Assembly: GCF_963921235.1 (NCBI RefSeq)
Contig: NC_086097.1
Span: 145,764,001-145,828,000 of the forward strand
Reading direction: 5' to 3'
From: Mobula hypostoma
Taxonomy: Eukaryota
Length of the DNA: 64,000 nt
Positions within the stretch are counted from its first letter, which is position 1, and each line of letters begins with the position of its first letter. Positions 23,513-37,500 of this stretch are shown here, in pieces. Made by a program: the position numbers and the translations under genes. Under the pieces are notes generated by a model. That model saw nothing but the letters and a program-made list of their open reading frames with translations. It was not told the DNA's origin and did no database searches.

Positions 23513-25569
23513 GAAGGATCTGGTATAACTGAATTGTGCTTAATCATTTCAAATTATAGAAACTTAGTCAGCGAGGTCTATCAGCCTGTTACGTCAGTAT
23601 TTTTTTTCAGGAAAAGAAAATCATTTAAATACTTGGGTCAGTCAGGATCCATGAAGAGAGAAGTTTCACATCTGTGACTTACCATTACAGGCTATTGTTT
23701 GGTGTTTACCCACAGTTCAATAGTTTATTAAAAGTTAACCATCTTAGTGTAGAGTTGCAGTCTCAAACATTTGTGGACTTGGATTACAACCATATCCACT
23801 GTTAAAATGATTCTTAATAAAGTAGTAACAGTGAAACTGGTAATATTGTTTACATAAGCAGCTAAGTATGAGGGGTCTTCACAAAGTGCCAACTATTCCA
23901 ATTTATCTTGCCAGCCAGGGCCACCGTCCCCAGATCCCAGATGGTATGAAGGCAAAATAAAGAAGGATCAATGCTGAAATCATCCAGGTCCTTCCCTGAT
24001 AAAATACTTGGCTTCGTCATAACCACTCCTCCCCCCAAGAATGATGATTGAGTGGTTCGCTGAGCCGTTTGAGAAGTCATCAAGGGACATCAACATAGAG
24101 CTGCATGCAGTCTCTGCAAAAAAAAGTTGCTATTTCTTTCTCTAAAGCAACTCTCAAGAAATGCAGCTTATTCAATTTCATCCTTTACAAACTTAGGTAA
24201 AAGTATTTGTAGTTTTAACAATTTTTAAAATTTTTTTTACTTTTCTTCTCAAAATAATGTGCTCTGCATTTATCAATTTATCAAATATATTCTGTATTTG
24301 TCACTGTTCCTGACCGCTAGAGATTAATGGATCATCTTTCAAAATATTACTTAACCTGCCCATATTTGGTGATATATCTAGTGTTTCCCTAATGTAGATT
24401 TAATTTTAAAAAAGGCAGAGGAACTGTTATTCGGTAAGCATGTATTGTAAACAATCAAAGCATTGTCTTTTGCTCTCGTGGCACTGTCAAAAAGGAGTGA
24501 TTCTTACGCTGCTTTACACTGGCTGTAATGAACTGCCAGTTTCCGTTGTAGTTTTCAAAGAGAAGGTGGATAAATATACAGATCAAGGAAAAAAAATACA
24601 AAACCGAGAAGCACTGAAGTGTTACTAATACATTGCTCTGGTAAAGAAGCAGACCAGGAGTTACCATGATGGGCCAAGTTTCCTTCTATGTGCTAGAGCT
24701 ATTCTAATTCGGTGAGCAGATTTGCTATTCTATTTCTCTATGTTATTAAAGATTGATCCTTCAATGCTTTTTCAGCATTTTGCTATGTTCCCAGGTACTG
24801 AAAGACAACATGGAAACTATTGCATTATTGGAGAAATCCTGTCCTGTAACTTTCTGCAGCTCACCAAGCATTCCCTGATAAACTTGGAAAAGGGAGCTTT
24901 TTTTTCCTTATTGTATGGCCCACTCAGCCTCATGTTTGCACATCTTCACACAATCTTCCTTCAGTGGGTTTCCAGCTGATTAGTTTGCAATTTCAATAAT
25001 GGCATTAATCATTATTAAACAAGCTGATAATGGATAATCCTTTACAGTAGGCTTCAACAACTAATGTGAGTAGGGAAACATGCCATCATAGCACTTGGAT
25101 ACATATATCTCATCCCATAGGTTCTGTTTTCCGTGCTGATCTCCAAAGTGTTGAACAATCAAACAAAGGCCCTACAGATGGACATTAACATTCCAAGACA
25201 TTGTTTGAAACTGTCTGAGATATGGTCAAAGCTGGCCAAAAAGATTCCATTTTGTTGCTATACAGGAGCACTGATTTGAAAGTGATGGTGTGCATTATAA
25301 ACAGATAGACGCAAAGTGTCCAGACCAGTAAGTCGTTCAGGCTCAACAGCTGCCGTTCCAAAGTAAGCTGAGTCAGTATCAAAAGGGAGATACAGCACTG
25401 AAACTTGGCTCAGCTTCAAAGGTTAGACCTACCAGTCTCAGAGCTGGGAAAAACCAGAAAATTCATACTGCCCAGCTGGACTCTGTATTATACCCCTGGT
25501 CACATGCGCTCCAGCAATGAAATGAGAAGCTGCACTCTAGCCTGTGTCTGGCAGTCTCAAACTTATGTG

Positions 25570-25745
25570 TTGCAGCCAGCAACCTCCCAATTTAACCCTA
25601 GCTTAATCACAGGACAATTTACAATAACCAAGTAACCTACCAACCAGTATGCTTGGACTGTGGGAAGAAACCCGGACACCTGGTGAAAACCCACACGCTT
25701 ACGGGGAGAACATAAAAACTCCTTACAGGCAGCACCAGGATTGTG
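25570..25745 (-). mobile_element. V-SINE fragment
   Basis: Minus strand GGAGTTTTTATGTTCTCCCCGTAAGCGTGTGGGTTTTCACCAGGTGTCCGGGTTTCTTCCCACAGTCCAAG matches the V-domain. Confidence 0.65.
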
Positions 25746-25888
25746 GTTGCAACTCTGCAAAAATCAAGCAAGTCTACCCCTTGGTCTTTTTGGAACCCGT
25801 CATGAAATAGGGTTGGATTAGACTGCATCTACCTCTCCCAATTAATGCCCCACGAAGATCTACAAAAGTCAACCCCATCTCTAACCCA

Positions 25889-26096
25889 CACAAAAAGTGC
25901 TGGTGAATGCAGCAGGCCAGGCAGCATCTATAGGAAGAGGTACAGTCAATGTTTCGGGCCGAGACCCTTTGTCAGGACTCTCGGCCTGAAACGCCGACTG
26001 TACCTCTTCCTATAGACGCTGCCTGGCCGGCTGCGTTCACCAGCATTTTTCGTGTGTTGCTTGAATTTCCAGCATCTGCAGATTTCTTCGTGTTTG
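25889..26096. mobile_element. Short fold-back PLE-derived element
   Basis: Inverted arms meeting within the hammerhead region (~25944-26000); 15-bp TSD CCCATCTCTAACCCA at 25874-25888 and 26097-26111. Confidence 0.8.
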
Positions 26097-26149
26097 CCCA
26101 TCTCTAACCCAATGATTTCAGAAGAGAAGATAACTGGAAGGAAGAATCT

Positions 26150-29100
26150 TTTTCTTGCATATATAATTCTTTTATTATTTAAAAGTATGATGAAAATGGC
26201 TTCAAACGGCTTGGACGAATAGCATGGAATTCAACAACATATTTTACAGATTAAGCTAAATGCATGTGTTCATTTAAAAATAATCATTGTACCATTCTGC
26301 AAAATTATTGAAGTCTAATATATAATTTACATATCGAAGGCAAATGGGAGATGTACAGACAAATCAAATCAATACATAACATTATCTCAGTCTTGTAATA
26401 AATACCAATTTTCATATTTTTCTATGTACAAACAAGCAAAAAATGAATCATACAATGGAGTGACATTTAACGTATTTACAGACTTCTAGTGCCTTTGAAA
26501 AAGGAAATGAATTTGTTAGACACATGCAACTGAAAAGGGAAACAAAAATAAATATATATATATATATTTTGAAAGGACAGTACAGCTGCATGTTGCGTGG
26601 TCCAGAATTCTTATGCAGAGAAACTTCACTGGTGGGGGGGCACGGAAGAGGAAAATAAGTTTTGAATTGGCCACAAAGCCCTTTTCCCACATTACAAAAA
26701 AAAACTCCCTTCTCCTAGATGAACTGAAATGACAACGGAAAAGGGATAAATGAAAAATTTATCGTAACAAGCTCAAAGCAACATTAAGTGAAATTTAACT
26801 TGGATGCAAATACTTTACAGAAATGTTCAGATGATTCCAACTCACCGACAACCTTTTTAAATTAGCTTTTCAAGTCTTAAGTTTGCAACTTCAAATTTGA
26901 ATATACATATAATTCAAAGATTGAATCTGCTCAATGTTTAGCCACTTTCATTCACAAAGATAAGCTTGTGCTGTTGGTGACTTGGCTAGTAGAGCTACTA
27001 GGACAGTACTCAATGCAGAGATTTATTCCCTGGGTCTATTTCTCTCTTTTCCTCATCATCATCTCTTTAAAGGGGATATTTGTGAACTTTTAAGTTGACA
27101 ATGCAAGTTTATTTTTTTTATATATAACAAAGTAAAACTAAGAGAAACAAAAAGGAAAGAAACCTGAAGTATTATTAACATTACTGATTTTAATTGAAGT
27201 AAGGTAGAAATGACACATGTTTTGTGTTTAACGCTATTGAATTTATTCCTGCTACCTTGCTTGCAAAAGAACACAGGGTGACTTTGTGGGTATTCATAAA
27301 GCACTGGGAACGTGCCAATTGTTGTCCCTCATGTAAAAATTAACTCCTGTCACTTTCAAAACTTGAGAGAAGGGCTATTGCACACACCAGTTATTTTCTA
27401 AAACTGACTAGTGCAAAATACCAGGGAGATGGAGCATAGAAAAAAAAGGAAAAAAATAGACATTTAAAAATCATCAGGAGAGCTCTTTGGAAATATAAGT
27501 CAATAACATTAATTTAATTTTTTAAAAAAATTGCCAGTTTGGTTATTCCAACTTTTGGCTCTTATTGTTAATATTCTAATTTGCCCCTCTGCTAATAAAA
27601 CATTTATAGTTCCTCTGCATAGTTGCACAGGGCTGAACCCATGTATGCCACTTCCTCACAGAATTTCAATAAATTATATACTGTAAAGCTTAACAAAAAA
27701 TTAGCTACTTCGCAGATTTTTTTTAAATAACGCAAGATTTTAAATCGCTAGCACCTTTAGAGCTACAAACTTCAAGCCAAAAATACAGCCCAAAAACATT
27801 AAATGTTTGAATGCAATCCACATTTTTTTCTTTAAAAATATTATTTCCTACCAGAAGGTACTTCTCAAATCTTTTGTGGAGATCTTGGAGAAAAGCCACA
27901 AACTCAGGCTGGAGCAATACTGTCACTAGGATTTGGTAGGAAATATTTGCATCAGATGGCACTCAAGCAGCATCAACAGTTTTGCTTTTATGAATTTAGC
28001 TTGTGTGTGGACATCACAGGGCTGTAGAAAACGTTAGAAAGAAGATTGGTGATTTCTTCTTCAACAATCCTGGTGGCTGCAGGACCATTTTCAGGTGATG
28101 AAGTTAAAGGTGTTTGGGGGTGGAGTGCATGGTGACAATTACAACAGGCAGCTGGATATGCTGTTTTGTTCTCCTTTGCATTGTGGGGCTCAGACTAGTG
28201 ACAGTGTTGCTCAAGCAAACACTTAGCAATTATAACAGTGTGTGATCAGAGGGATCAGTGCTACGGAAAGGCTGTATTGCACTTCCATTGTTTCATTATT
28301 AAACCACAGTGCTTCTTGCAGTACTGCATGTACAAAAATAAATAAATACAGAAGTACAAAATAAATAAAAACTGCACATGTAATACTCTAGGTACAGTAT
28401 TACAAAAAAGTTACTCATTAACCTCCTGTTAATACCTTGTCTCAGGTTGGCTTTATCAATGTACTTTGTACTTACAAATCATGATTTGTTGGGCTCAGCT
28501 GTAGTTAAAACTTTGCATAGTAAGTCAGTTCATTTGTGAATTAACCCTTTATTATTCAAAGTGTCTTAGAGGCTGTGAATATTAGAAATCCCACCTTTAA
28601 AAAAAACACAAAATGCTAAAAAAAAATGCAAAACAGCATTGTTAAAGTGATTGTTAAATTGTGAAATCCTTCATTGAAGGCTTACATTTAACATTCATAC
28701 CAATAGATCTCCAGTGCACTTTCAGCATTTTCTGTTTTAGAGTGCTTGATCTAAAATATACAAATTTATTGTCTGCTGGTCTCTTCTTGTCTGAGAATGC
28801 GGAGGGCCAATCCTATTCCATCGTGAAACACGAAAAGAATCCAGTAATTATAAAATTTTTATTTTTTAAAATTTCCATGTTCTATTGATCCAGTGAATGA
28901 GACAGGAAATGAGCAGCCAACAGACTGCTGGACAAAGAGAAGTTGTCTAAAACAATACATTGGAAGGTTGGCACAGTATCAGTGCTCTCAGCACTTGATG
29001 CAACCAGCACTGTTTGATTAAGGGCGAGAAGTTGCCAACCCTATTTTTTTGGTAATGGCCTCTAACCATCTTGAAGTCAAATTGCAGTCTTTACCTTTTA

Positions 29101-30478
29101 CAATCTGGGTTCAAACGTGTAAGGTTGGGAATTATAGCCCTGAAGGGAAATCAGAATCTGCTTTGACCTTGCACTAGTGTATCCTCTACTAGTACTGTAG
29201 TGAACCATGAATTTCTTAGTTCATTTCCAACCATGCCAGCTCATCTACCCGATTAATTTCCTCCTTAATTCTGCAACCCTTTCACCAGTTTAGAGCTTAA
29301 AAATCACACACAAGCTTTTTCGCCAAGATGTAGTTATCTGATTAATTTTTCTCAATCTGTCAAATTTCACCTGATAATGCACCTGTGAAATACCCAAGAT
29401 GTTTTCAATGTTGAAGGCACTATATAAATGCAAATTGTGTCACTGAAATCGCCTCAATCTGTACTGCTGTGGTGCTCTGTTACAGCTCTCACCATGAGCT
29501 AAAGGGAATACTTTTTCCACTTAGAAAACTTTTTCTACCCCACCCACTAAAGCAGGTGTGAACCAATTCATATGCTTCAACCTATATGTGTAAATAGTAC
29601 GATGGGGGCTCCCAACAGGATAGTGTATCAATATATTGTTGCTAAACCAGTCACACTGGAAATAACAAAGTTTAAGTCTGTTTTAATTAATCTCAGCCAC
29701 GATACGGGTAGCCACTAAGCTGCTTCTCTGGGCTTCAGATATAGTGGCTGGTATGAAATCAGCCAAGGCATCCACTTTCAATGCCAGTACCTTCACTGGA
29801 GAGAACAATTGTGTGCCAGGCTTGTCTAGCTAAAACATAATTTCATGAAATAAGTATTGGAATGAGATTAAAAAGATCAAGCAGCAACATGGAACCGATG
29901 TCTAGAATGGGCTACTGACTTCAGAATTGAAAGTGGGATGCAGAAGTAACAGAAGATGGCACATAGTTCAGGAATGGTGATTATCACAATGGTGACACTT
30001 TGAACAGGGCTGGTCACAAAGACATCAAGTTATCATTGGCCGAATCATTTTATCTGTCAGATATCCATTGATAAAGAAGCCAAACAAGCAAACTTCTTCC
30101 ATTTTTGCTTTAATTGCTACCTGCCTCACTCCTCACTAAAGTACCACAGATACTTGGCATTGATGAATCATTATTAGAACAGCCAAATACCTTTCTGGTT
30201 TCAACAATATCTAGTTTTCTCAAAAAAAAAACATCACCTGATGGTCAGGAGTCTCTCTCCCATTGTCCAAGATGATTTTTTTTTTGCCATTTGTGGTCTC
30301 ACAGATTCTGAGGTGAATATAATTGAGGGCTAATTAGTGGAGAAAAATTCCCTGACATTTTAATCAATTGAGTTACCACCCCGTCCCCCAAAAATACATC
30401 AGTTATTTCATTAAGGTATCTTTTATACTTCTAGAAGAATTGAAGGATCTTGGAACCAGTCGTTTCAATAACCCAAAG
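26150..30478 (-). other. CSRNP1: Putative CSRNP1 3' UTR (~4.3 kb)
   Basis: AT-rich stretch with no recognisable TE after the stop codon. Contains AREs (28329-28370), Pumilio elements (26423-26430, 26473-26480) and AATAAA at 26171-26176 (minus). The 3' end is inferred. Confidence 0.55.
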
Positions 30479-31510
30479 TCAAACCTTCACAGTTTCCATG
30501 ATGGAGGTTTTGATGGCTTCTTCAAGATGTTGACTGTCAGGGAAAGGTGTGGGAGGCTCTGGGAACGAGTCTGCTGTGATTGGCTCTGTTAAACCAATAA
30601 GAGACTCTAGGAAACAACTACCAGAGTCAGTAGCTTGGGAGAAACTAGGAAACCCAGGAAACTGAAATTGGAGTGTTGGACAATTATCTATACTTTCATA
30701 GTCTTTCTGAGAGTTGTGAAATGATCCGTAGTTGAATTCTGAGAATGACTGGAAAAACTCAAAAGAGTCAGTTGATAAGCTGAGGTCAGTATAGCTTTTT
30801 GAGCTCTGTTCTGGGCAGTGAGAAGCAGGACATGCTTGGTTGTTGCCTTGCATTGGAGCTGTATCACCCAAGGGGAAACTCCCCTCTTGATTGGCATTCT
30901 CATCCAAACTGGACAAGTGATTAGTGTAAAACTCAGCACTGAACTTTGAGCTTCCCATGCCACTGTGTTGATCACCAGTCTCGCAGAAAAAATCAGAAGG
31001 GCTGAAGTAAGGAAATCCATCCCGGTTGTCGGTATCATTACCACACTCATTGTCAGAATCATTAAAGTGAAGTATCCGAGCTAGGCCATCATCATCTATG
31101 CCCGCAGTCTGACGAGACTGCGGTCCATTATCCAAGAAGTGGTCATCAGCTCCCTCATCTGCCTCCTCACTGTAACTCGATGAAGTGGAGTCTGTCATGT
31201 CACTGCTACAGCTGTTTTCCTCGCTGTCATCAGACTCCTCACTGTACTGAAAGGCTGGTGTTACAGAGGCACTTCTGTCTTGAAACATGTTTTTGTCTGC
31301 TGAGTAACCACAATGTTGTGAGTTCTCCAAGAGTGGCGTCTCCAACTCTCCATTCTTATTCACACTGTCTACTTGCCGTGTCTCCAAGTCCAGCTTCATG
31401 ATGGTATGGATGAAGTGCGTCTGTACTCTAGCAGAGTTGAACTCTATCCTGCCCATGGTATTACCACAACCATCCTTCGTACATCCACAGGGAAAGGACA
31501 TACGATCCAT
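30479..31510 (-). CDS. CSRNP1: CSRNP1 last coding exon ([10 protein letters not shown]...ETVKV*)
   Basis: Acceptor TTGTGACAG| at 31511-31512; phase 0; 343 codons plus TGA. Confidence 0.93.
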   Translation of the reverse strand: MDRMSFPCGCTKDGCGNTMGRIEFNSARVQTHFIHTIMKLDLETRQVDSVNKNGELETPLLENSQHCGYSADKNMFQDRSASVTPAFQYSEESDDSEENSCSSDMTDSTSSSYSEEADEGADDHFLDNGPQSRQTAGIDDDGLARILHFNDSDNECGNDTDNRDGFPYFSPSDFFCETGDQHSGMGSSKFSAEFYTNHLSSLDENANQEGSFPLGDTAPMQGNNQACPASHCPEQSSKSYTDLSLSTDSFEFFQSFSEFNYGSFHNSQKDYESIDNCPTLQFQFPGFPSFSQATDSGSCFLESLIGLTEPITADSFPEPPTPFPDSQHLEEAIKTSIMETVKV

Positions 31511-34500
31511 CTGTCACAACACAAAAGAACACAGAATTATTATTTAGAAACATCCACTAAGATAAAACAAGAGTAGGCCATTCAAGCCCAAGCTGGGGGG
31601 ACATTCAGAAACCATTACTTATCTATAGTATATCTTAATGGTTCCATCTGGATTCATGTTGGACAAAGTTATAAATGGGTAATTTAAATTCTAAAGGTGC
31701 TGTCGAATGAGATGTCTTCATGGAAGAGTGCAGCACAACAACAAGCCCTTCAGTCCATGATGCCTGTGCCAAATGTGATGATAATTTAAACCTGAACATT
31801 CACCTTCACTGGTCAGGTATCTGTCTAACAGCTGCTATTGTAACTGCTTTCACCACCTCTGGTTCCAGACACCTAGTGTGGGGCAGGGAGAAGTTTGTTT
31901 CATAGGTACTCTTTAAAACTTCTCCCCCTCTCACTTCAAAGCTACGCTCTCTAGTCTTGATATTTCTACCCTAGGAAAAAGGGTACAACTAGCAACCTTA
32001 CTATGCCTTGCTTCCTGTCTATTCTCCCCAGTGAAATGTATCCTTTTCTTACTTTGTGAATTGTACAGTGGAGGAGACATTTGATGGGACTAGGAAATGT
32101 TTTCTCAATAAAACCAGTAATTTTACAGAAATCTGGTGTTACATAGGAAGGCAACAAAGAGGTAATGAAAACAATTTGGAATATAAATATTGGTCTTTAT
32201 TTCAAGAAGGGTGCAGTATAAAGTTAGGTCCTAACTAGGATCTAACTAAAGTTAGGAGGTTCTTGCTACATCCTTGGTGAAAACATACCTTGAACACGGA
32301 ATTTTGGAACACTTAAATAAGGAAGGACAAATCTCTTTGTAGATGGTGCAGACAATGTTTGCTAGAGATTTGATTCCTGGGCTGAAAGAGTGTCCTTTAT
32401 GGAAAAAACTGAGGTAGATTGAAACTATGCGCCTCGGTTAGAAGAGTGATCTCATTGAAACACAAAAGATTTTGATGAGTGCTTGACCAGAGTTTGTGCT
32501 GAGGAAGTTTCCTCTGGTGGGAGAAATTAGATCATTGTCACAGAGGTGAAGAGGCTATACCCCCAAACCCCATTTTTGAGGATTTTAACTTTTTGGGATT
32601 CTCTATCCCAGAGATCTCTGCAATATTCAAGATAATATTATTTCTGGACACACAAGAAACTTCTGATGCTGGAATCTGAAACGACAAATATCTGTTGGAG
32701 CAATTCAGTGGTGGGGGTGGGGTGGAGGAGGGAGGGAATAGTTAAAACATTTCTGGACTACAGAGGAATAAATGATTGGGGGAAATCAGGCAAGGGGAAC
32801 CAACACCAAGATCAAACCAACCATGATCATGTAAATAGCACAGCAGGCTCATGAGATGGATAACCTATTCACACTCCTACTACTAGCTCTATGTTTATAT
32901 TCATGCTGCTGGAAGGTAAGGAAGGAAAAAGTTGAATCTGTAAAGAAAAAGCAAGGAAAAATGCTGCCACTACTTCTCTGTATGACACACAAAAATATAG
33001 CAACAGTTTTTTTTGGGATACCTGGAGTAAAAATTGGAGTTTGAAATAATCATTTTCAATGACTCTAAGACATTTGTTACAATTTATGATTTGAAGCAGC
33101 GAATTGTAGGGAATGAAAATATAGCATAGTGCACAAAATAAACTCATTACTTTGCCCTCTTAAAATGCAGATGGTAAGGAAATTCTGGCTATCCCCCTTA
33201 CTGTGGACAATTGATTTGTTCATTCATAACAACAGGGCAGAGGTTCACAATCCAGAATCCGTGGTGACTTCAAATTCTGAAAAAACTTTAGTCCATACAA
33301 AACTATTACATATTACTGCAGTAATGGTAGTGTAGTGATTATCTACCGGATCAATAACATGGGGAGACGAAGTTCAAATGGTAATTTAATAATCTGGACT
33401 CAGTTTAAAACAAATTGTGAAAGAATGGCATCAGTAAAAATGAGCAAAATCATACTGTACAACTCCAACTGTTGATTTAATGTCCATTAGGGAAGAAAAG
33501 TTCCCATCTTTACAGTGTCTAGCCTGTGCATCAGTTTCCCTCCAACCTATTTGATTACTTACTGGTCTTTTGAGTAACCAAGTCAGACACTCAGCTATAT
33601 CGTATTACTCTAAAGCTATCAATCTTTTAGGAGAACTATTTCACTTAAAGTAACAGGGAAAGCTTTTACATTCGTCTTACCAATGAAAGCATGTGCATAA
33701 CTTCTACCCCAGCATGACTGTCAGTTATTTTGCAAGGAAGTGAAATTTGTTTGCAATGAGAAAATCCACACAATCATAAGATAAAAAATGAATAGTTAAT
33801 CTAGACTGCAGTGTTTGAAATTTGAAACAAAAACTTTCAGTGAACCATTTTGCATCTTTGAAGAAAGAAGCAGAGTTAATTGAAGGTCATGATCCTAAAA
33901 TGCTGACTCTTTTTCTTTCTTTATAGACAATGCCAGACCTGCTGAATGTTTCCAGCATTTTCTGTTTCAAACCAGCTAATTTGTTTTTGCTGTACCATGT
34001 TGGCCAAAGCAAAATTCTTTACTCTTTCAAAAATAGTGTCACAAAGTCTTTTAGCAGACTCATCCAAACAGGAGGAGCACTGTTTCACTGTTAAACACGT
34101 AGGCAACACATCCATTAAGTACTATACACTATTATCAACTCTGTACTGGGTTATCCTTGGGTATCTGGATTAGTGAGTCAAAATACAAAACTCCACATCA
34201 TAAATAGTGCTCTTACTCAGGCAAGACACTAAATGGACTTTGAACTACAGCAAAGCTCCTGTTTCTGCCTTCGGTTGCTACCTGCATTCTGAGTATGCTG
34301 TAAATACTTTACTTAATAAAGAACTGTCTAATTTGATAAGCTTTTCATTGCCCTCAATGAAGTTAGAATAGCCAATATCACGGCTTTGTTTGTTTGTCAA
34401 AATGGATTTTGAACTGCAGAGGGCCAGAAAGTTTTTTTAAAATCCAATTTTCAATCTCAGGATTTGTGTCACTTTAGCTTGCTTTGCAGCACTCATTTCC

Positions 34501-37500
34501 ATTTCAAAAATCAAAACATTATATAAGGATTGAATGAGATCAAAGCTGACAATTTACTACTGTATTGTGAGGCAATGAGCACTTTGCAGTAGACCTTAAA
34601 ATTTAATGTGTCTTTAAAAGATCTTATGGCTCCATAGGAGTTGCACTTACTGAACAATATTCACTTAGATTGATCTGGCCAAATTAAGTGCATAGAAATA
34701 GAAGTAAAGCAGCAAATCTCTTTTGTGCATCCCAACAATTTATTAGATCTACAGCAAATCTAATGCATCTCAAGGGCAACTGTACCTTACTACATCTTGT
34801 AGGTATTTGCTGTGTACAAATTTACTCAGGTAATCAATCTTCAGGTCATTGTGTAAAGAGTCTGAAAGTATTTCAGGGGCACGATGAGGTACACATAGGT
34901 GTAGTCTTTTGCACAGCTATAATTGCTACGCAGTTTAAGTTCAAACCAACGGACACATTTGCTACTTACAGTGATAATTTAAAAAATCCTTAAGCCACAT
35001 ATTGTAAAACAGATTTTTTTAAACTACCTGTTAAAATAAAGAGCTGTTATTGCAAGTCATATTATTCAGCAAACACCAGAGACGTCTATTTTTTAAAATC
35101 TGTCTCCACAAAATTAAACATTTCAGATCTGGAACAGAGAGACTGATCTGCAGTTCGATAAAATATGCCAGACATCAACAGGGGAGACTATGTGCTGTAT
35201 GTTGATAAATCTACAGTATCACAGCCTTTTGATTTTATTTATGACTTAATCGTTGGAAGTGAAGCTAACCCTAGCCTGCAATTTAGGATTTACAATTTGT
35301 AAGAGTTACTGTGAAATCAGTGCCTGTTTTACAAGCACTGATTCCCATTTACAACTGTGTAATTAAGATTCTAGCTTCATAGCAAGGGTAGGAAAGCTCA
35401 AATAGGTTTCTTTCCCCCCTCTGGAGCCAACAAGCTTGCTGAGCAAGCAGTCTGAATCTACTGGGAATGAAAGAGAAAAACAATACCATTCTTTCTTGAA
35501 GGCCAAATATTGATAGATGCATTCAACAAAAATAATTCTAGGGATGTAATGCTAATACCCCCCCCCCCCCATGTTAAATTAGAGTTGAGCTACGTAGTTG
35601 AGCTTCTTTTCAAAGATGCAGACAGTCAGAGATCGACATACAAGAGAAACATTTTGACAGGCCAAGAGGCAGACACCGAGTCAGAACAAGCGATTTGGTT
35701 GCCATCACAGCCAGAGTCAATAGTTTTCAGCTTTGATTTAAAAATAAATGAAACATGGAAAGGAAGACTTAAAACAGCTGTTGAAGATCGGTAATTCTAC
35801 TGAAGGTAACCAAACAGTAATGCCACACAAGTAAACATACAGGATTCTCTAGTACAAGCTGAGCAATTACAATCTGCCACTAACTTACTTGGCACTTAAT
35901 TCCAGCCAGGCTACAGCTGCAAGCCTCTGGCTCACAGAAGCCCTTGCAGTCACAACCACAGTCCTCACGTGACATCCTGATTGCATTCAACTCCCGCTTT
36001 TCCTCACGGTCAATCTTCTTTACTCCAGCTGCTTTTAGCATTGAATGCCGTTTCTTGGCTGGGTACGGCTGTGGAAAGAAGCTACTGTCGAGCTCCACCT
36101 CGCCAACATCGATATCATCATCCGAAATGTCGTCAACGGTGAGCCGGTCAGCCTCTTCAGAGTCAGCGGTACCATTCTTAGTCAACTGGTACGTGCAAGA
36201 AAGAAAACTTCTGTTATTTTACAACACTTAAACAGTGCTCTTATCGTGCTACGTTATGACCAATACAGTGCAGGGGAGTACATGCCACAAACTTCATTGT
36301 GGCCCTTTAGATTAAGGAAATTTGCACTTTAAAGGATCATAAACCCAGAAAAAATAATGAGATACAGCACAAAATTTCCTTTTGCAGAACTTGTGTGAAA
36401 AAATAAAGATTTATTTTACTTCAACTGAAATGCATGCTCAGATGTTATGGATTTAGGGTTTTTTAAAAAAAAGATATGGACCATTTTTCGAGGAATTCAA
36501 TTGCGAAATGGTGACCCTGACCCCAGTAGCATGGGGCTTGCTTGTGCATGGAGTCATGGAGTCAAATTCCAAAGCTCCACACTTTGCTTCCACTCAGCAC
36601 CTTGTGACTAGTTTCAGCTCTGAAGTAATTCCTATCAGAATTTCTAAACACAAGATGGAGGAAAGTGAAAGTGATATGTGCCGTCGGGAACTGAAAGCAC
36701 ACAACCTCTCGATAGTAGTTCCAAACTTATCCATTGCTAACCCTCTTAGAAAGTCTAAGCTTTTTGTACCTGTAGCTTTAGTGAATTCAGCTTCTGTTCT
36801 TTCAAGAGTTCCTTGATTTTCTCGGAGCGAACTTGCTCCTGTTCTTTGGCAAACTCTGCCAACGTGTACTGCCGGCACGAGCTGTGCTTGCTGGCCATGC
36901 CCAGGGTGCAGCCACCTTGGCTTGGAACACTGGTGAACCCCTGACACCGTGCAAAATAAAACACGACGACACGATCAAACTGGACATGGTTCTTTCTTGT
37001 GCGTTTAGCTTTCTTCAGGATGGGCATAGCTGCAACAAAAAAGTGGAAAAAGACACATTAATTACAGTTTTATCACCCATCAGATTGCAATACAAGAAGG
37101 AATGTACCCTTGTTTAGTGTATGGGAAGAAATAAACTCAAATTGCAATTGAATCATGATCCCTGGTACAATGCAAGGGGAAAAAACTGGACTATCTCTGC
37201 TTAGTAAGATCACTACATAATAATTAGCTAGATCCGAAGTTTCCCAGCCTTTTCTTTATGCCATCGACCCCTACCATTAGCTGAGGGCTCTGTGGACTCC
37301 AGGTTGGGAACCCCTGGGCTAGGTGATTTTTTTTTTTGCTGCTGGCCAAAAGACAAATGTTAGGAAATCCCTAGAATACCTGCAGCATCCTATGTCAACT
37401 CTTGAAGGGAAATGGGTCTGCTGTCTCGTGTAAGCTGCCATTTCTGATAGCATCACCCATCCACAGTACTGCTCTGATCCATCAATCAGCCTGATTAACA

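Noticed and set aside
23862..24113. Possible extra minus-strand exon after a TTTTTTTTGCAG acceptor
   Set aside because: All three frames from the acceptor close within ~45 codons, with no recognisable protein; cannot be supported without transcript data.
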